Sequence record: NC_028999.1
Strand: one strand, 5' to 3'
DNA: 64,000 nucleotides
A program made the position numbers and the translations under genes. This document shows, one piece after another, positions 36,380 to 45,375 of the stretch (position 1 is its first letter; the number at the start of each line of letters is the position of its first letter). The notes under the pieces were generated by a model that saw only the letters and a list, made by a program, of their open reading frames with translations, made no database searches and was not told the origin of the DNA.

Positions 36380-36862
36380 TTATTCCTTACCTTTGAGCTT
36401 CGCCGCCGCTAGTACACTGTTCACCAGACGCATTTGGGTGGAAGCAAATACTAAGAAGAATAACCATTCGTTAGTGCTAAAGGTTTGTTGTAACGTTGGA
36501 TAGTTAGCCGCCTTACCCAATATCTCACGATCAACAATGGAACTTTCCACACTAAATGGTACCAGAGATCGAGCCAGGAGATTAATAGCTTCCCCAGGAG
36601 ACGACAATTCCATAATGAACGTGGTGGTTGTATTCATCAACGATGACAATAGAGCCTGATTCTCACGGATATCAGACCACAGATGCCTAACTACCAATGC
36701 GTCATTCAGCATAAACGTCATGTGGCGTAGGCGTAGTTCAGTAATCAGCGTGATTAGCTTCCCTACGATAATTTCATCTTCTGCCTGCATGAGTTCTGTC
36801 AAAGCGACAATCAAAGCTTCCTGCATGTCGATAACGCGAACACTGTTGTCGTTAATAGCCAT
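36380..36862 (-). CDS. Hypothetical protein
   Basis: 160 aa ORF tightly packed in the operon. Confidence 0.65.
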   Translation of the reverse strand: MAINDNSVRVIDMQEALIVALTELMQAEDEIIVGKLITLITELRLRHMTFMLNDALVVRHLWSDIRENQALLSSLMNTTTTFIMELSSPGEAINLLARSLVPFSVESSIVDREILGKAANYPTLQQTFSTNEWLFFLVFASTQMRLVNSVLAAAKLKGKE

Positions 36863-36865
36863 TTA

Positions 36866-37540
36866 TTAACCCGCAAGATTGTTGTTCAAGTGCATCCCTT
36901 TCAGGTACACCGACAACGTCAAGTTAGATTTAGTTTGGCTAGGCGTCTCGGCCATGATCGAATCCAAAGAAGCTTCACCTGTTTCAATGATCGACTTATT
37001 CATGGCATTATAAGCCTTCTCGTCACCCCCTCGGAACTTAATGAGTTCGAGTACCATGTTGTTAAGGCCTTTAGAGGCGTTAACCTGGATCTCTGGGGCC
37101 GATAGACGAGCACCCTTACTATCACCAGCGGCTTGACCAGATCGTTCGTCTACGATGTGATTAGAGCCCGGAATAGAGGACTTCTTCACCAGCATCTGAA
37201 CTTGTCGACGGAACGGAACCAAACCCACCAAATGTTTGTTCTGAGTCTTGTACGTCTGACCCGTTTGAGGGTCAGTCAGAATCAGATGTTGGAAGAGTTC
37301 GTGACCCAGGGCATCAGCAACTTTGTAGTTCTGATTAATACTGAGTTGAGGCTCTTCCAGGTTGGGAGCATAGAGCGCTAGAACTTCACCTGCCTCCAGC
37401 CGCTCCATCCATTCTTCGAACTCTTTGTCATTCATTCGAGCAAAGAGTTCTTCGTAGATCTTTTTGTTGTTCGAGCCAGGTCGGAACATGTCGATGAAGT
37501 AGAGGATTTCACGCTCTACAACTTTGCGATCGCCTTTCAT
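36866..37540 (-). CDS. Virion RNA polymerase beta-like C-terminal subunit (phiKZ gp149-like)
   Basis: GARLSAPEIQVNASKGLNNMVLELIKFRGGD parallels RpoB [31 protein letters not shown]. Confidence 0.8.
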   Translation of the reverse strand: MKGDRKVVEREILYFIDMFRPGSNNKKIYEELFARMNDKEFEEWMERLEAGEVLALYAPNLEEPQLSINQNYKVADALGHELFQHLILTDPQTGQTYKTQNKHLVGLVPFRRQVQMLVKKSSIPGSNHIVDERSGQAAGDSKGARLSAPEIQVNASKGLNNMVLELIKFRGGDEKAYNAMNKSIIETGEASLDSIMAETPSQTKSNLTLSVYLKGMHLNNNLAG

Positions 37541-37577
37541 TTAAGACTCCGTATGAATCGTTGGACATACGATTAGC

Positions 37578-37898
37578 TTAGATGGGTTTAGACTCACATT
37601 GGTACATGGCCGTAGCACGGGAGTCAGTACAGGGCGGCAATCGATGTTTAGACAGGAACGGTAAAACCTTCTTCTGGAAATTTGCACACCAAACTTCCAA
37701 TGGATCATTCGCATTAAGCAATGTCCGCAGTTCTAGAGTGGATTGTGCATAACTGGCCAGCAGTAATTGGAAATACTGATTCAGTTGTTCCAGTGTACCA
37801 ATTGCAGGCATGCGGCGATAAAGATCCTCTGACAGTTCCACATCAAAGGCACGGATACGCTGGATAACCATCATTTTTAAATCTACTACGGCGTTCAT
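37578..37898 (-). CDS. Hypothetical protein
   Basis: 106 aa with AAGG RBS. Confidence 0.55.
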   Translation of the reverse strand: MNAVVDLKMMVIQRIRAFDVELSEDLYRRMPAIGTLEQLNQYFQLLLASYAQSTLELRTLLNANDPLEVWCANFQKKVLPFLSKHRLPPCTDSRATAMYQCESKPI

Positions 37899-37918
37899 TG
37901 TTATTTACCTTAGCGGAA

Positions 37919-38269
37919 TCACTGTATTTCACCACAGTCCTCCACCTCATCTGAAATCTGCTTTAAGAATTTGACTATAAGCAAGCGGTGACAAAAGTTT
38001 CCCGCCTTGCAGTAACAACCGAGTGCTAGGCGATCGTGCGCCAATAGCCACTCGAAGTATTCTGGATACGCATGATAGCGATCACCGAGGAGTTGGAAAT
38101 AGAGTTCCTCGTACTCTTGATCGGAAACGGTCCCGGCCTTGTGACCCATGACCATATTCCAAGTCGGGGCGAGCATGCCTTCCCCGCTTTTGACAGTAGT
38201 GTCCAGCATGGGAATGCGCTTAGCGCGTACAGCACGCCACTTAGCGATTTGGTACGTGTATACCTGCAT
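37919..38269 (-). CDS. DUF488-like protein
   Basis: ATG 38269; LAPTWNMV..K...Y..LY, ALGCYC....CHR motifs. Confidence 0.6.
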   Translation of the reverse strand: MQVYTYQIAKWRAVRAKRIPMLDTTVKSGEGMLAPTWNMVMGHKAGTVSDQEYEELYFQLLGDRYHAYPEYFEWLLAHDRLALGCYCKAGNFCHRLLIVKFLKQISDEVEDCGEIQ

Positions 38270-38306
38270 GGAGTCTGTCCTGAATAAAAGGAGTGCCCGA
38301 AGGCAC

Positions 38307-38546
38307 TCATCTTTCTTTAGGTGGAACGGCATGCGGATCATTGGAACCGATGGGTTGGTAACCTTGACCTGCATTGGGTGCTGATATTGCTTTTATGCGT
38401 GCTTCTAGCTCAGCAATCCGAGCATGTAACGCTTGGTTCTCATCCACCAACTCTTCCCAGCTACGACGCTGTGTGATATTTCTGATACCTTCCATGGCGA
38501 ATCGTGGAGCTGCGCTAACTAACTTTTCGTTCACAATAGTCCTCAC
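38307..38546 (-). CDS. Small coiled-coil hypothetical protein
   Basis: LVDENQALHARIAELEARIK heptads; start uncertain. Confidence 0.45.
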   Translation of the reverse strand: MRTIVNEKLVSAAPRFAMEGIRNITQRRSWEELVDENQALHARIAELEARIKAISAPNAGQGYQPIGSNDPHAVPPKER

Positions 38547-38631
38547 TGGTGGGCGTGGTGGGGGAGTAGGAGCTTTCTTCGGTAAGGGATTACAATCAAG
38601 CAGAGCATTGACGTTCTCCCTATGCTCCGTA

Positions 38632-40062
38632 TCAGGCTGCGGCTTTCGCTAGATCAAGAGGAATGATTTTAGCTTTGTCAGCATCAGACATCCAGTAGGG
38701 CTTATACTCAGAACGCAGCATGCGAATGAGATCGAAGGTCGAAAGGAACTTCTTCTCCACCAGGTGTTCATCTTCTTCACAGACCCAGTAACCGCGAGTT
38801 TGATTCAGGATAACATCCCAATCGTAACCCATAGCCTTCAGGCCTTCGTAGAGTTCTTTCGGGTCCGGTACATCGGTCCAGCGTTGGAACTGGATCAGTT
38901 GCAGCATTTCCGATTGAATTTCAACAGCCCGTTGCAGAGCTGGGTTATCGTTCAGCTTCTTACGTACAGTAGTACGAGATAGCTTCACATCCGGCATAAG
39001 TTCCAGGTAATAGTTCTGAAGGTTGCCACCGATCCCATAACCCGCTTCTTTGCAGTAGTGGAACTCGGACAGCGAAGGCATGATACCTTCAGTCTGCGAC
39101 ACAATCAACGTGAACGGCAGACCAGTGATACCACCTTTACCACGCAGGTTCTTCACTTCCAGAATCCGCAGGTCAGAGTCACCTTCAATGGCGGTGGAAT
39201 TATCCAGCGGATAGACAGGCATCTTATCTTTGTTGAGTAGAGGCTTGTTGGACATTACGTCCCAGACGTTGTTCGGTAGGGAGTAGAAGCCAGAGCTTAC
39301 ACCCTTCAGTACGGTATCCTTCTTCATCTCCGACAGATTACGTTTGTCGGTCGGATACATTTCCATCTGGATGATGTCGCCAACGTGTGCGGTCAGGATC
39401 ATGTAGGTACCAGTCTTGGCACACACCTGAGGCAGCTGGTTGAACAACTGATTCTTCGCTTTACCGTTGGTCATTGCATCGGTGTTGTTACCAGAAGCAC
39501 CGATTGCGTTCTTCTCGTACATATCCGAAACGGCAGTTACGATGAACTTCGAGAAGCTATCGATAAAGCCAGTGGTCGGATACAGGCACTTCTTGTTATT
39601 ACCGTTCACATCAAGGAACGGAGTAGTACGCAAATGGTCTTTCTCTGCCTTCTCTTTCTCGGCTAGAGCTGTGCGGAACAGCTTGAAGAACTCATCACCG
39701 GTGTAACGAGAGAGGTCAGTGAACACGAACTGTTCGTCATCCGCCCAGTTGATACCCTGAAGTTCTTTGATCGAGGCAGCCAGCGCAGTAAAACGAGCAT
39801 CGGGGTTAAGAGTACCCTCGGTGTCGTAAACCATTGAATACGAACCGGGGAAAGCACGGCGAACCATCGCCAGCATGTACACCCCAAGAGCAGTCTTGAA
39901 GTTGTTCGGACGAGAAGCGATACCAGTCAGCGAACCCAGTCCGCCGTTCATGATCATCTCGCCGTGTTTGCCTTGTTCATATTTACCAGTGGATACGTCC
40001 ATCAGACAGCCGATGTTAAGGGCTGGCCGGAAGGCTGGACGTTCGAAATGTTTAGCGAACAT
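38632..40062 (-). CDS. uvsX: UvsX/RecA-like recombinase (phiKZ gp152-like)
   Basis: Walker A variant GIASRPNNFKT, YDTEGT, Walker B FIDSFS, MILTAHV; synteny. Confidence 0.85.
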   Translation of the reverse strand: MFAKHFERPAFRPALNIGCLMDVSTGKYEQGKHGEMIMNGGLGSLTGIASRPNNFKTALGVYMLAMVRRAFPGSYSMVYDTEGTLNPDARFTALAASIKELQGINWADDEQFVFTDLSRYTGDEFFKLFRTALAEKEKAEKDHLRTTPFLDVNGNNKKCLYPTTGFIDSFSKFIVTAVSDMYEKNAIGASGNNTDAMTNGKAKNQLFNQLPQVCAKTGTYMILTAHVGDIIQMEMYPTDKRNLSEMKKDTVLKGVSSGFYSLPNNVWDVMSNKPLLNKDKMPVYPLDNSTAIEGDSDLRILEVKNLRGKGGITGLPFTLIVSQTEGIMPSLSEFHYCKEAGYGIGGNLQNYYLELMPDVKLSRTTVRKKLNDNPALQRAVEIQSEMLQLIQFQRWTDVPDPKELYEGLKAMGYDWDVILNQTRGYWVCEEDEHLVEKKFLSTFDLIRMLRSEYKPYWMSDADKAKIIPLDLAKAAA

Positions 40063-40109
40063 CAATGTTACCTTTTTGTGATTAGCCAATCACTTTATTG
40101 ATATTGAGA

Positions 40110-40120
40110 GTAATTTTATG
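40110..40120. promoter_or_regulatory. Overlapping divergent promoter motifs (middle-type AAAATTAC on -, late-type TATG on +)
   Basis: GTAATTTTATG in the gap between uvsX (-) and a head protein gene (+). Confidence 0.35.
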
Positions 40121-40160
40121 TTAACAGTGTCGCGACTGTGATTAACTCTAGGATCCTAAC

Positions 40161-41123
40161 ATGAAACTCAATGTACTGACCAAGTATTCTCCAGGTATCG
40201 AAAACCACACCATCGAAGATGCGGTGTTTGATCCTTCACTCAACAAGTTCTTCACTGAAGGTGATCCGAACTCTGCTGAACAGACTGCTGAAACAGAAGC
40301 ACTGCCGATTGACCAGACTCCTACGGACAAGCTTTTTGATGCATTGCAAACCGTGTCAACTGAAGCTGGATTTATCGGTAATGTCTCTAACTGGTTTGCT
40401 CGTAAAGCAGGTAACCTGAACATGAACGTTCGGGAAGGTTTCCGTTATCTGACCAGTTGGAACTACGATCCCATGCAGAAACTTAATGTTCTGCAAATGC
40501 GTAACTTTGTTGAAACTTTGGACTACATGACCATTGAAACGCTGCGTGTATCTCAACCCGCTGGTTTTCGTGGTGAACTCCTACCGTATACAACTGGGCT
40601 GCAAAAGCGTGCTCAGATCATGGCTGAGGTAGTAGATAAGGTTATTAAACCTGCCACCGCTCGTTTTGGTCATTATCTGTCCACTCCGGAAGAACGTGCA
40701 GAACGTCGTCATTTCCAATATGGTGCTGAACTGGGCCATGACCTGGATGCACTTATCAAAGCTGACGCTGCTCATTTCTCCAGCAATCGTGTAGCCACTG
40801 CCAAGTTTGGTGAACTATTTAGTTCAATGAATGATTTCATTGAATGTGAACGCAACATGGTAGATGTCAATACCATCCTCAATGGCGGTACTACTTCCAC
40901 CGTGAAGAATGCCGTAGAAGCCCTGAGCCAAACTGCAACTGCTCTGGTGGATCGCATTGCCAAGGATAAAGACATCAAGACTTCCAGCGAATTGGCTAAG
41001 ATGATTGCTGAAGAGATCGCTGAAGTAGCCCGTTGGGTTGAATGGTACTCGGTACAGATGACACGCATCATCGAAACCAACAACGTACTGTATTCGATCG
41101 AACAAGAGCTGCGCGCTATGTAA
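40161..41123 (+). CDS. Internal head protein with propeptide (phiKZ gp153-like)
   Basis: Acidic N-terminus ending in VSTE-A (S-x-E protease site); synteny. Confidence 0.6.
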   Translation: MKLNVLTKYSPGIENHTIEDAVFDPSLNKFFTEGDPNSAEQTAETEALPIDQTPTDKLFDALQTVSTEAGFIGNVSNWFARKAGNLNMNVREGFRYLTSWNYDPMQKLNVLQMRNFVETLDYMTIETLRVSQPAGFRGELLPYTTGLQKRAQIMAEVVDKVIKPATARFGHYLSTPEERAERRHFQYGAELGHDLDALIKADAAHFSSNRVATAKFGELFSSMNDFIECERNMVDVNTILNGGTTSTVKNAVEALSQTATALVDRIAKDKDIKTSSELAKMIAEEIAEVARWVEWYSVQMTRIIETNNVLYSIEQELRAM

Positions 41124-41125
41124 GA

Positions 41126-41164
41126 CAACATATTGCCCTCTCCCGAAGGAGAGGGCTTATGCCG
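41126..41164. terminator. Bidirectional hairpin with CATA/TATG arms
   Basis: CAACATA-tt-GCCCTCTCC-CGAA-GGAGAGGGC-t-TATGCCG between convergent genes. Confidence 0.85.
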
Positions 41165-41575
41165 TCACACCTGTTCCCGACGTTCTCTCATGCAGAACTG
41201 CATCAGCTGTTTGAGGTCTTCTATAAACACACATTCGTCCGTGTACAGAAGCCAGCACGGGGTCTTCCGCGCAATGCGTTTATAGAACTTCTCGGAGGTG
41301 AGATCGTTTTTGTCGATCGGAAGAATGCCCTTCCACAGATAAGGCCCAAACAGGGTCGGAAGTCGAAGCGCACTCTCGTCACGAACCAAGCGCATCGTCG
41401 AATTAAGTCTTGCAATCCGAGAACACTCATGGTCACGACATTGCACTAAAGCAGCATGCAATGACGCCATCACACACAGCCGCTTGAGATCATCATCCAC
41501 ACGATTCCAAAAGAATAGCCATAATCCTTCGGCAACTTTGCGGACGGGTCTCATGATTCTGTTTGTAATGCTCAT
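41165..41575 (-). CDS. Hypothetical protein
   Basis: 136 aa, co-transcribed downstream of RNase H. Confidence 0.6.
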   Translation of the reverse strand: MSITNRIMRPVRKVAEGLWLFFWNRVDDDLKRLCVMASLHAALVQCRDHECSRIARLNSTMRLVRDESALRLPTLFGPYLWKGILPIDKNDLTSEKFYKRIARKTPCWLLYTDECVFIEDLKQLMQFCMRERREQV

Positions 41576-41586
41576 GGGTTACCCTA

Positions 41587-43059
41587 CTATTTCGGTAAAA
41601 TGAACTGCGTATAGGGAGAGCAGTAGATCGCAGCTCCACCCTCTGCTACAAACACAGTTGAGTATGAATAGGCTAACGGTCCATTCGCAACGATCAGAAG
41701 TTCAACCTTAACCCCGTCACACGATACCCGATTGAGTTGATTCCGTGAAGGAATGTCTTGCGCTAAGACCAACTTGATCTTAACCTTACGTCCTTTGTAA
41801 TCAATCGGAATATCGAGATGCGAGGTGTTCTGGGTAATAGTCTTCTTCAGTTGAGTGACCGTCTTCTTACCGGCCTGTACAGTCTCGTAGAAACTGTCGG
41901 TAATGTCGATTTTGCCAACCGACTCTCCAAGGGTACCAGCCAAGTAATCCGTCAAACGGCGTTCAAGAATATTGAATTCTCCAACTGCCTCGTTAGACAT
42001 CCTGGGTGGATTGAGAGTCCGACTAATCAACGCCATTTCTGGTGTTGACAGCACGCGGATATCATCGTGACGCATGAGTCCAGACAAACCCATAGATTCA
42101 ATCCGTTGACGCTGTTTGGCACTAAAGCAGTTGGCCAGGTTTAGAATACCCAGCTCGGGCATATCACTCCCGTAGGCTTCAGTGTGGATTTTAATCAACT
42201 CTTCAATGTACTCTTCAGCTTCATTGGCTTTGTAGACACCGAAGGTTGCCTCAGAAATCCTTCGTCCAAGTAAAAGATCTGATTTAGCAAGTTTATCTTT
42301 GGCCGTGTCCTTTGGCCGCAGGCCAGCATTATGCATTCGTCCAAGATTATACATGTAGTAGAACCCATCATGGGGCTTACCACTGTTAATCATGAACAGC
42401 AACCGAGACTCCATGATCAACGGACTCACCGGCTTCTTTTTCAATTTGTTGATGGCGTCGCCTTCAACTACTACCTGCACAGGCTCTGCCGTTTTAGACC
42501 CACCCCCCCTCAAGGCGTTTATATCTGCCTTGTCATTGCCCATGTCGCCGGAGTGACCCTCTACCCAAGTCATCTCCAATTTACGACCACCATTAATCCA
42601 CGCATCGCGTTGACTGATGAGATCCAACCAGAGTTCTTTGTTGGGCACTGGAGTACCATCTGGTTTAATCCAGTTGTTTTTAATCCATTTGGGTGACCAT
42701 TGCGTCAGTCCTTTGCGCACGTACTCACTGTCGAGCAACATGGTCAACTGTTTAGCTGGGGTACCAAGGGCGATTTTAAAGCCATTGATGGCAGCGCTAA
42801 GTTCTGCCGTGTTATTGGTCGGGCGATCAACGACCTTACCAAATGCATCGATATAGTCGATCACTGTACAAGTGTCTTCGACGCCAACATCCTTATAGCC
42901 TTTCGCCGTAGGTTGTTGTTTGGTTGCAGCCTTTGACTTCATCGGTGTGTCGGTGTAGGTATACCCGTGCACGCCCCAACCTGCTACGTTCTGACGAAAC
43001 GACCCGTCAGTATATAGCACAATACCATCACACATTGAATGTTCCTCTGTCGTTTCCAT
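41587..43059 (-). CDS. rnhA: Ribonuclease HI with C-terminal extension (phiKZ gp155-like)
   Basis: LYTDGS, TNNTAEL, DSEYV, WVEGHSG..GN..AD. Confidence 0.9.
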   Translation of the reverse strand: METTEEHSMCDGIVLYTDGSFRQNVAGWGVHGYTYTDTPMKSKAATKQQPTAKGYKDVGVEDTCTVIDYIDAFGKVVDRPTNNTAELSAAINGFKIALGTPAKQLTMLLDSEYVRKGLTQWSPKWIKNNWIKPDGTPVPNKELWLDLISQRDAWINGGRKLEMTWVEGHSGDMGNDKADINALRGGGSKTAEPVQVVVEGDAINKLKKKPVSPLIMESRLLFMINSGKPHDGFYYMYNLGRMHNAGLRPKDTAKDKLAKSDLLLGRRISEATFGVYKANEAEEYIEELIKIHTEAYGSDMPELGILNLANCFSAKQRQRIESMGLSGLMRHDDIRVLSTPEMALISRTLNPPRMSNEAVGEFNILERRLTDYLAGTLGESVGKIDITDSFYETVQAGKKTVTQLKKTITQNTSHLDIPIDYKGRKVKIKLVLAQDIPSRNQLNRVSCDGVKVELLIVANGPLAYSYSTVFVAEGGAAIYCSPYTQFILPK

Positions 43060-43086
43060 ACCACACTAGATAATTATCCTACCGGG

Positions 43087-43494
43087 TTATTTCTGTCGAC
43101 AGCTGTCCAACCACGACCTGTGGGCTTGCTCAATTTTGGACCGTTCGGAAGCAATGTATGTTCGCAGAGAATTCGCATAGGCAGATATCATTTTGTCAAC
43201 CTCAGCATCATTAATGGCTAATTCGAGGTCTTCTTCAGATGGCTGCTTAGGTACTTTCCCCGCTGGGGGAAGGTCAAACGGGCCACAATCAGCTAACAGA
43301 CGCTGAGCACTTGAATGTGGTTTGTTTGTTTGTCCCCGCTGTGTTACCGCATTCGTCGTTGTGGTCACGGTCGAATGGTTATCGACCGCCGAAGCGGCAT
43401 AGTGAATCACTGTCTCCTGACTGTTGTAGGTTGGTGCATACAGTACACAACCTGAGAGAGTGATACAAAGTGCTAACAGTAGGTTTTTGGACAT
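43087..43494 (-). CDS. Lipoprotein, o-spanin-like
   Basis: MSKNLLLALCITLSG-C lipobox; Pro-rich middle; helical C-terminus with two Cys. Confidence 0.6.
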   Translation of the reverse strand: MSKNLLLALCITLSGCVLYAPTYNSQETVIHYAASAVDNHSTVTTTTNAVTQRGQTNKPHSSAQRLLADCGPFDLPPAGKVPKQPSEEDLELAINDAEVDKMISAYANSLRTYIASERSKIEQAHRSWLDSCRQK

Positions 43495-43517
43495 GTGATC
43501 CACCAATCCTTACGGTA

Positions 43518-43808
43518 TTATTTCAGAAGTTCGCCAAGGGCTTTACGACGAGCTTTAAGGGCAGCGTCTTTGTCTAGTGTCGGACAGACTTGGGCGAGTT
43601 GCTTTTTAAGGGCAACATTCTCTGATCTGACTTCGTCCAACTCGCTAACAGTCATGATGAAGCTGAGTAGCAGGATCACCACTACCGCAAACATGAAGGT
43701 AACGTGTTTGTTTTCCAGCATCACTTCTTTTATCGTACGGTCTCCAAATACCGCACGCTTCAGGAAGGGCCAAATGAGGAGCAAGGCTTTAATAGTTACA
43801 CCGACCAT
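43518..43808 (-). CDS. Inner-membrane protein, i-spanin-like
   Basis: TM segment FMFAVVVILLLSFIMTV then coiled coil ELDEVRSENVALKKQLAQVC; GAGG RBS. Confidence 0.5.
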   Translation of the reverse strand: MVGVTIKALLLIWPFLKRAVFGDRTIKEVMLENKHVTFMFAVVVILLLSFIMTVSELDEVRSENVALKKQLAQVCPTLDKDAALKARRKALGELLK

Positions 43809-44006
43809 GATTACCTCTGTCGTTGATTAACTACGCCTACCCATACAAGCCTAAAGGCTAGAACAATAGACATACTGACAGCATATCTCTGCGGGTTATG
43901 TGTAGCATTTCCGCAGTAGTATACCCGACGTTTTTCAAGTTCACAAGCGTAAGTGACAAATTTTATAGATGGTAACCCATCCAAGCTCCGCTCATGAGGA
44001 AAGCAC

Positions 44007-45320
44007 ATGTACATTCTGAAAGGCTTTTACAGCTATCCAGCGTTAATCTCTAACGTTCCGGATGTTGTTGCTAAGTTTGGAGAACTCTCCAGCAATAGCT
44101 CAACCTATGCAAAAGACAAGACCATCCACACCGGTACGTCCACACCCAACACTTGTTTTATTTCTTTTCATAGCGTAAAGGATGAAACCACTGTTGTAGA
44201 TTTGACAGGTAATATGAAAGACCAAGTCTTGAAGATTGGTGAGTTCATTTATCAGCAATCTATTCAAGGTACAATTCGCGATAACCCTGACGTTCTGCGT
44301 CAGTTGGTTATGGCTGAGTTCGGTACTAAGATCAGTACGTTCACGTCTGGTCGTATGCTGACCAACAACACCATTTGGATGCCGGAATACGTTAAGTTTA
44401 CCGTCATCGAAGCTAATAACCCGAACGAAGTCACTATTTGGCTGTGCGATGAGTCCTTCGCTGCTCAGTACGATGAGTACGAGATCGAGATCGTTCACCC
44501 GCTGGTTCCGTATGACCAATTCTTCCAAGACCCGCTGATTGTTAAGCAATTGCTGGAAGCTTATGATCTCCCAGCTAAGCTGGAAGAAGTTCAGGCAGCG
44601 CGAGGGGATTACCCGTACACATTCCTGAAGGCGTTCATGTTTGCTTATCACAATCCCCGTGATACCACGATGCAGTTCCCTGCACACTGGATTGCGATCG
44701 TTTATGGTCAAGCGGGTAACAACCCCGATTTGATCAAAGACAAGATTGTGAAGGAAATCCTGGAGGGTTCTACCCATCCAAGAGAAGAATGGGAAGTAAT
44801 TCTTCCTGATCTGTTTCTGACCACCGAGTATATTTTCACTCCGTTCTGGAACCAATACTCCGTTCCAAACAGTGATTTCCGAGCAGGGATTTATAGCCCA
44901 ACGGTAGATCCGCGTAAACGGGTTGCTCTGCTGCGTCGTACCGCTCGTGGTTCGGGTTACACGGATGTGTGGGTAAACAACAACTATGAATTGTCTGCCA
45001 ACATCTACAAGTCGATTGCCTTTGGTGCAATTGGTAACCCGAAGAATCGCGGAGGTATCACAAAGTTCAGTCAGAAATGGCCGGACTACATGATCGTATC
45101 GAACGATTCGCCAGATATCGATCGGATGTCTCCAGATACTGTCGCTTGGACCATGTTGTTTAGTAAGTTGCTGAAGGCTGCTGAGGCCATGACTTTGTAC
45201 ACTTCTGTACCGGCTGGTGTTTCTCGAATGGTACGCGATGGCGTCATCTACGCCAGCGCCTACTATAAGAACGTGAACTACATGGTCGTGTCTAAGGCTT
45301 CGGTTGAGCAATTTGGTTGA
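44007..45320 (+). CDS. Virion structural protein (phiKZ gp157-like)
   Basis: 437 aa; GAGG RBS; TATG at 43897 upstream; synteny. Confidence 0.65.
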   Translation: MYILKGFYSYPALISNVPDVVAKFGELSSNSSTYAKDKTIHTGTSTPNTCFISFHSVKDETTVVDLTGNMKDQVLKIGEFIYQQSIQGTIRDNPDVLRQLVMAEFGTKISTFTSGRMLTNNTIWMPEYVKFTVIEANNPNEVTIWLCDESFAAQYDEYEIEIVHPLVPYDQFFQDPLIVKQLLEAYDLPAKLEEVQAARGDYPYTFLKAFMFAYHNPRDTTMQFPAHWIAIVYGQAGNNPDLIKDKIVKEILEGSTHPREEWEVILPDLFLTTEYIFTPFWNQYSVPNSDFRAGIYSPTVDPRKRVALLRRTARGSGYTDVWVNNNYELSANIYKSIAFGAIGNPKNRGGITKFSQKWPDYMIVSNDSPDIDRMSPDTVAWTMLFSKLLKAAEAMTLYTSVPAGVSRMVRDGVIYASAYYKNVNYMVVSKASVEQFG

Positions 45321-45324
45321 CATT

Positions 45325-45357
45325 ATAAAGGAGAGGGTTTCGACCCTCTCCTTTTAT
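45325..45357. terminator. Terminator hairpin
   Basis: AAAGGAGAGGGT-TTCG-ACCCTCTCCTTT-TAT. Confidence 0.85.
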
Positions 45358-45375
45358 TAGCTTAAGGTATTGACA

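Noticed and set aside
38632-40062. Intein or intron in uvsX or the RNAP subunits
   Set aside because: Lengths fit uninterrupted proteins; no C...HN splice motifs, homing-endonuclease motifs or frame breaks.
43811-44014. 67-aa minus-strand ORF in the divergent gap
   Set aside because: No RBS; the gap contains CATA/TATG motifs and is better explained as a divergent promoter region.
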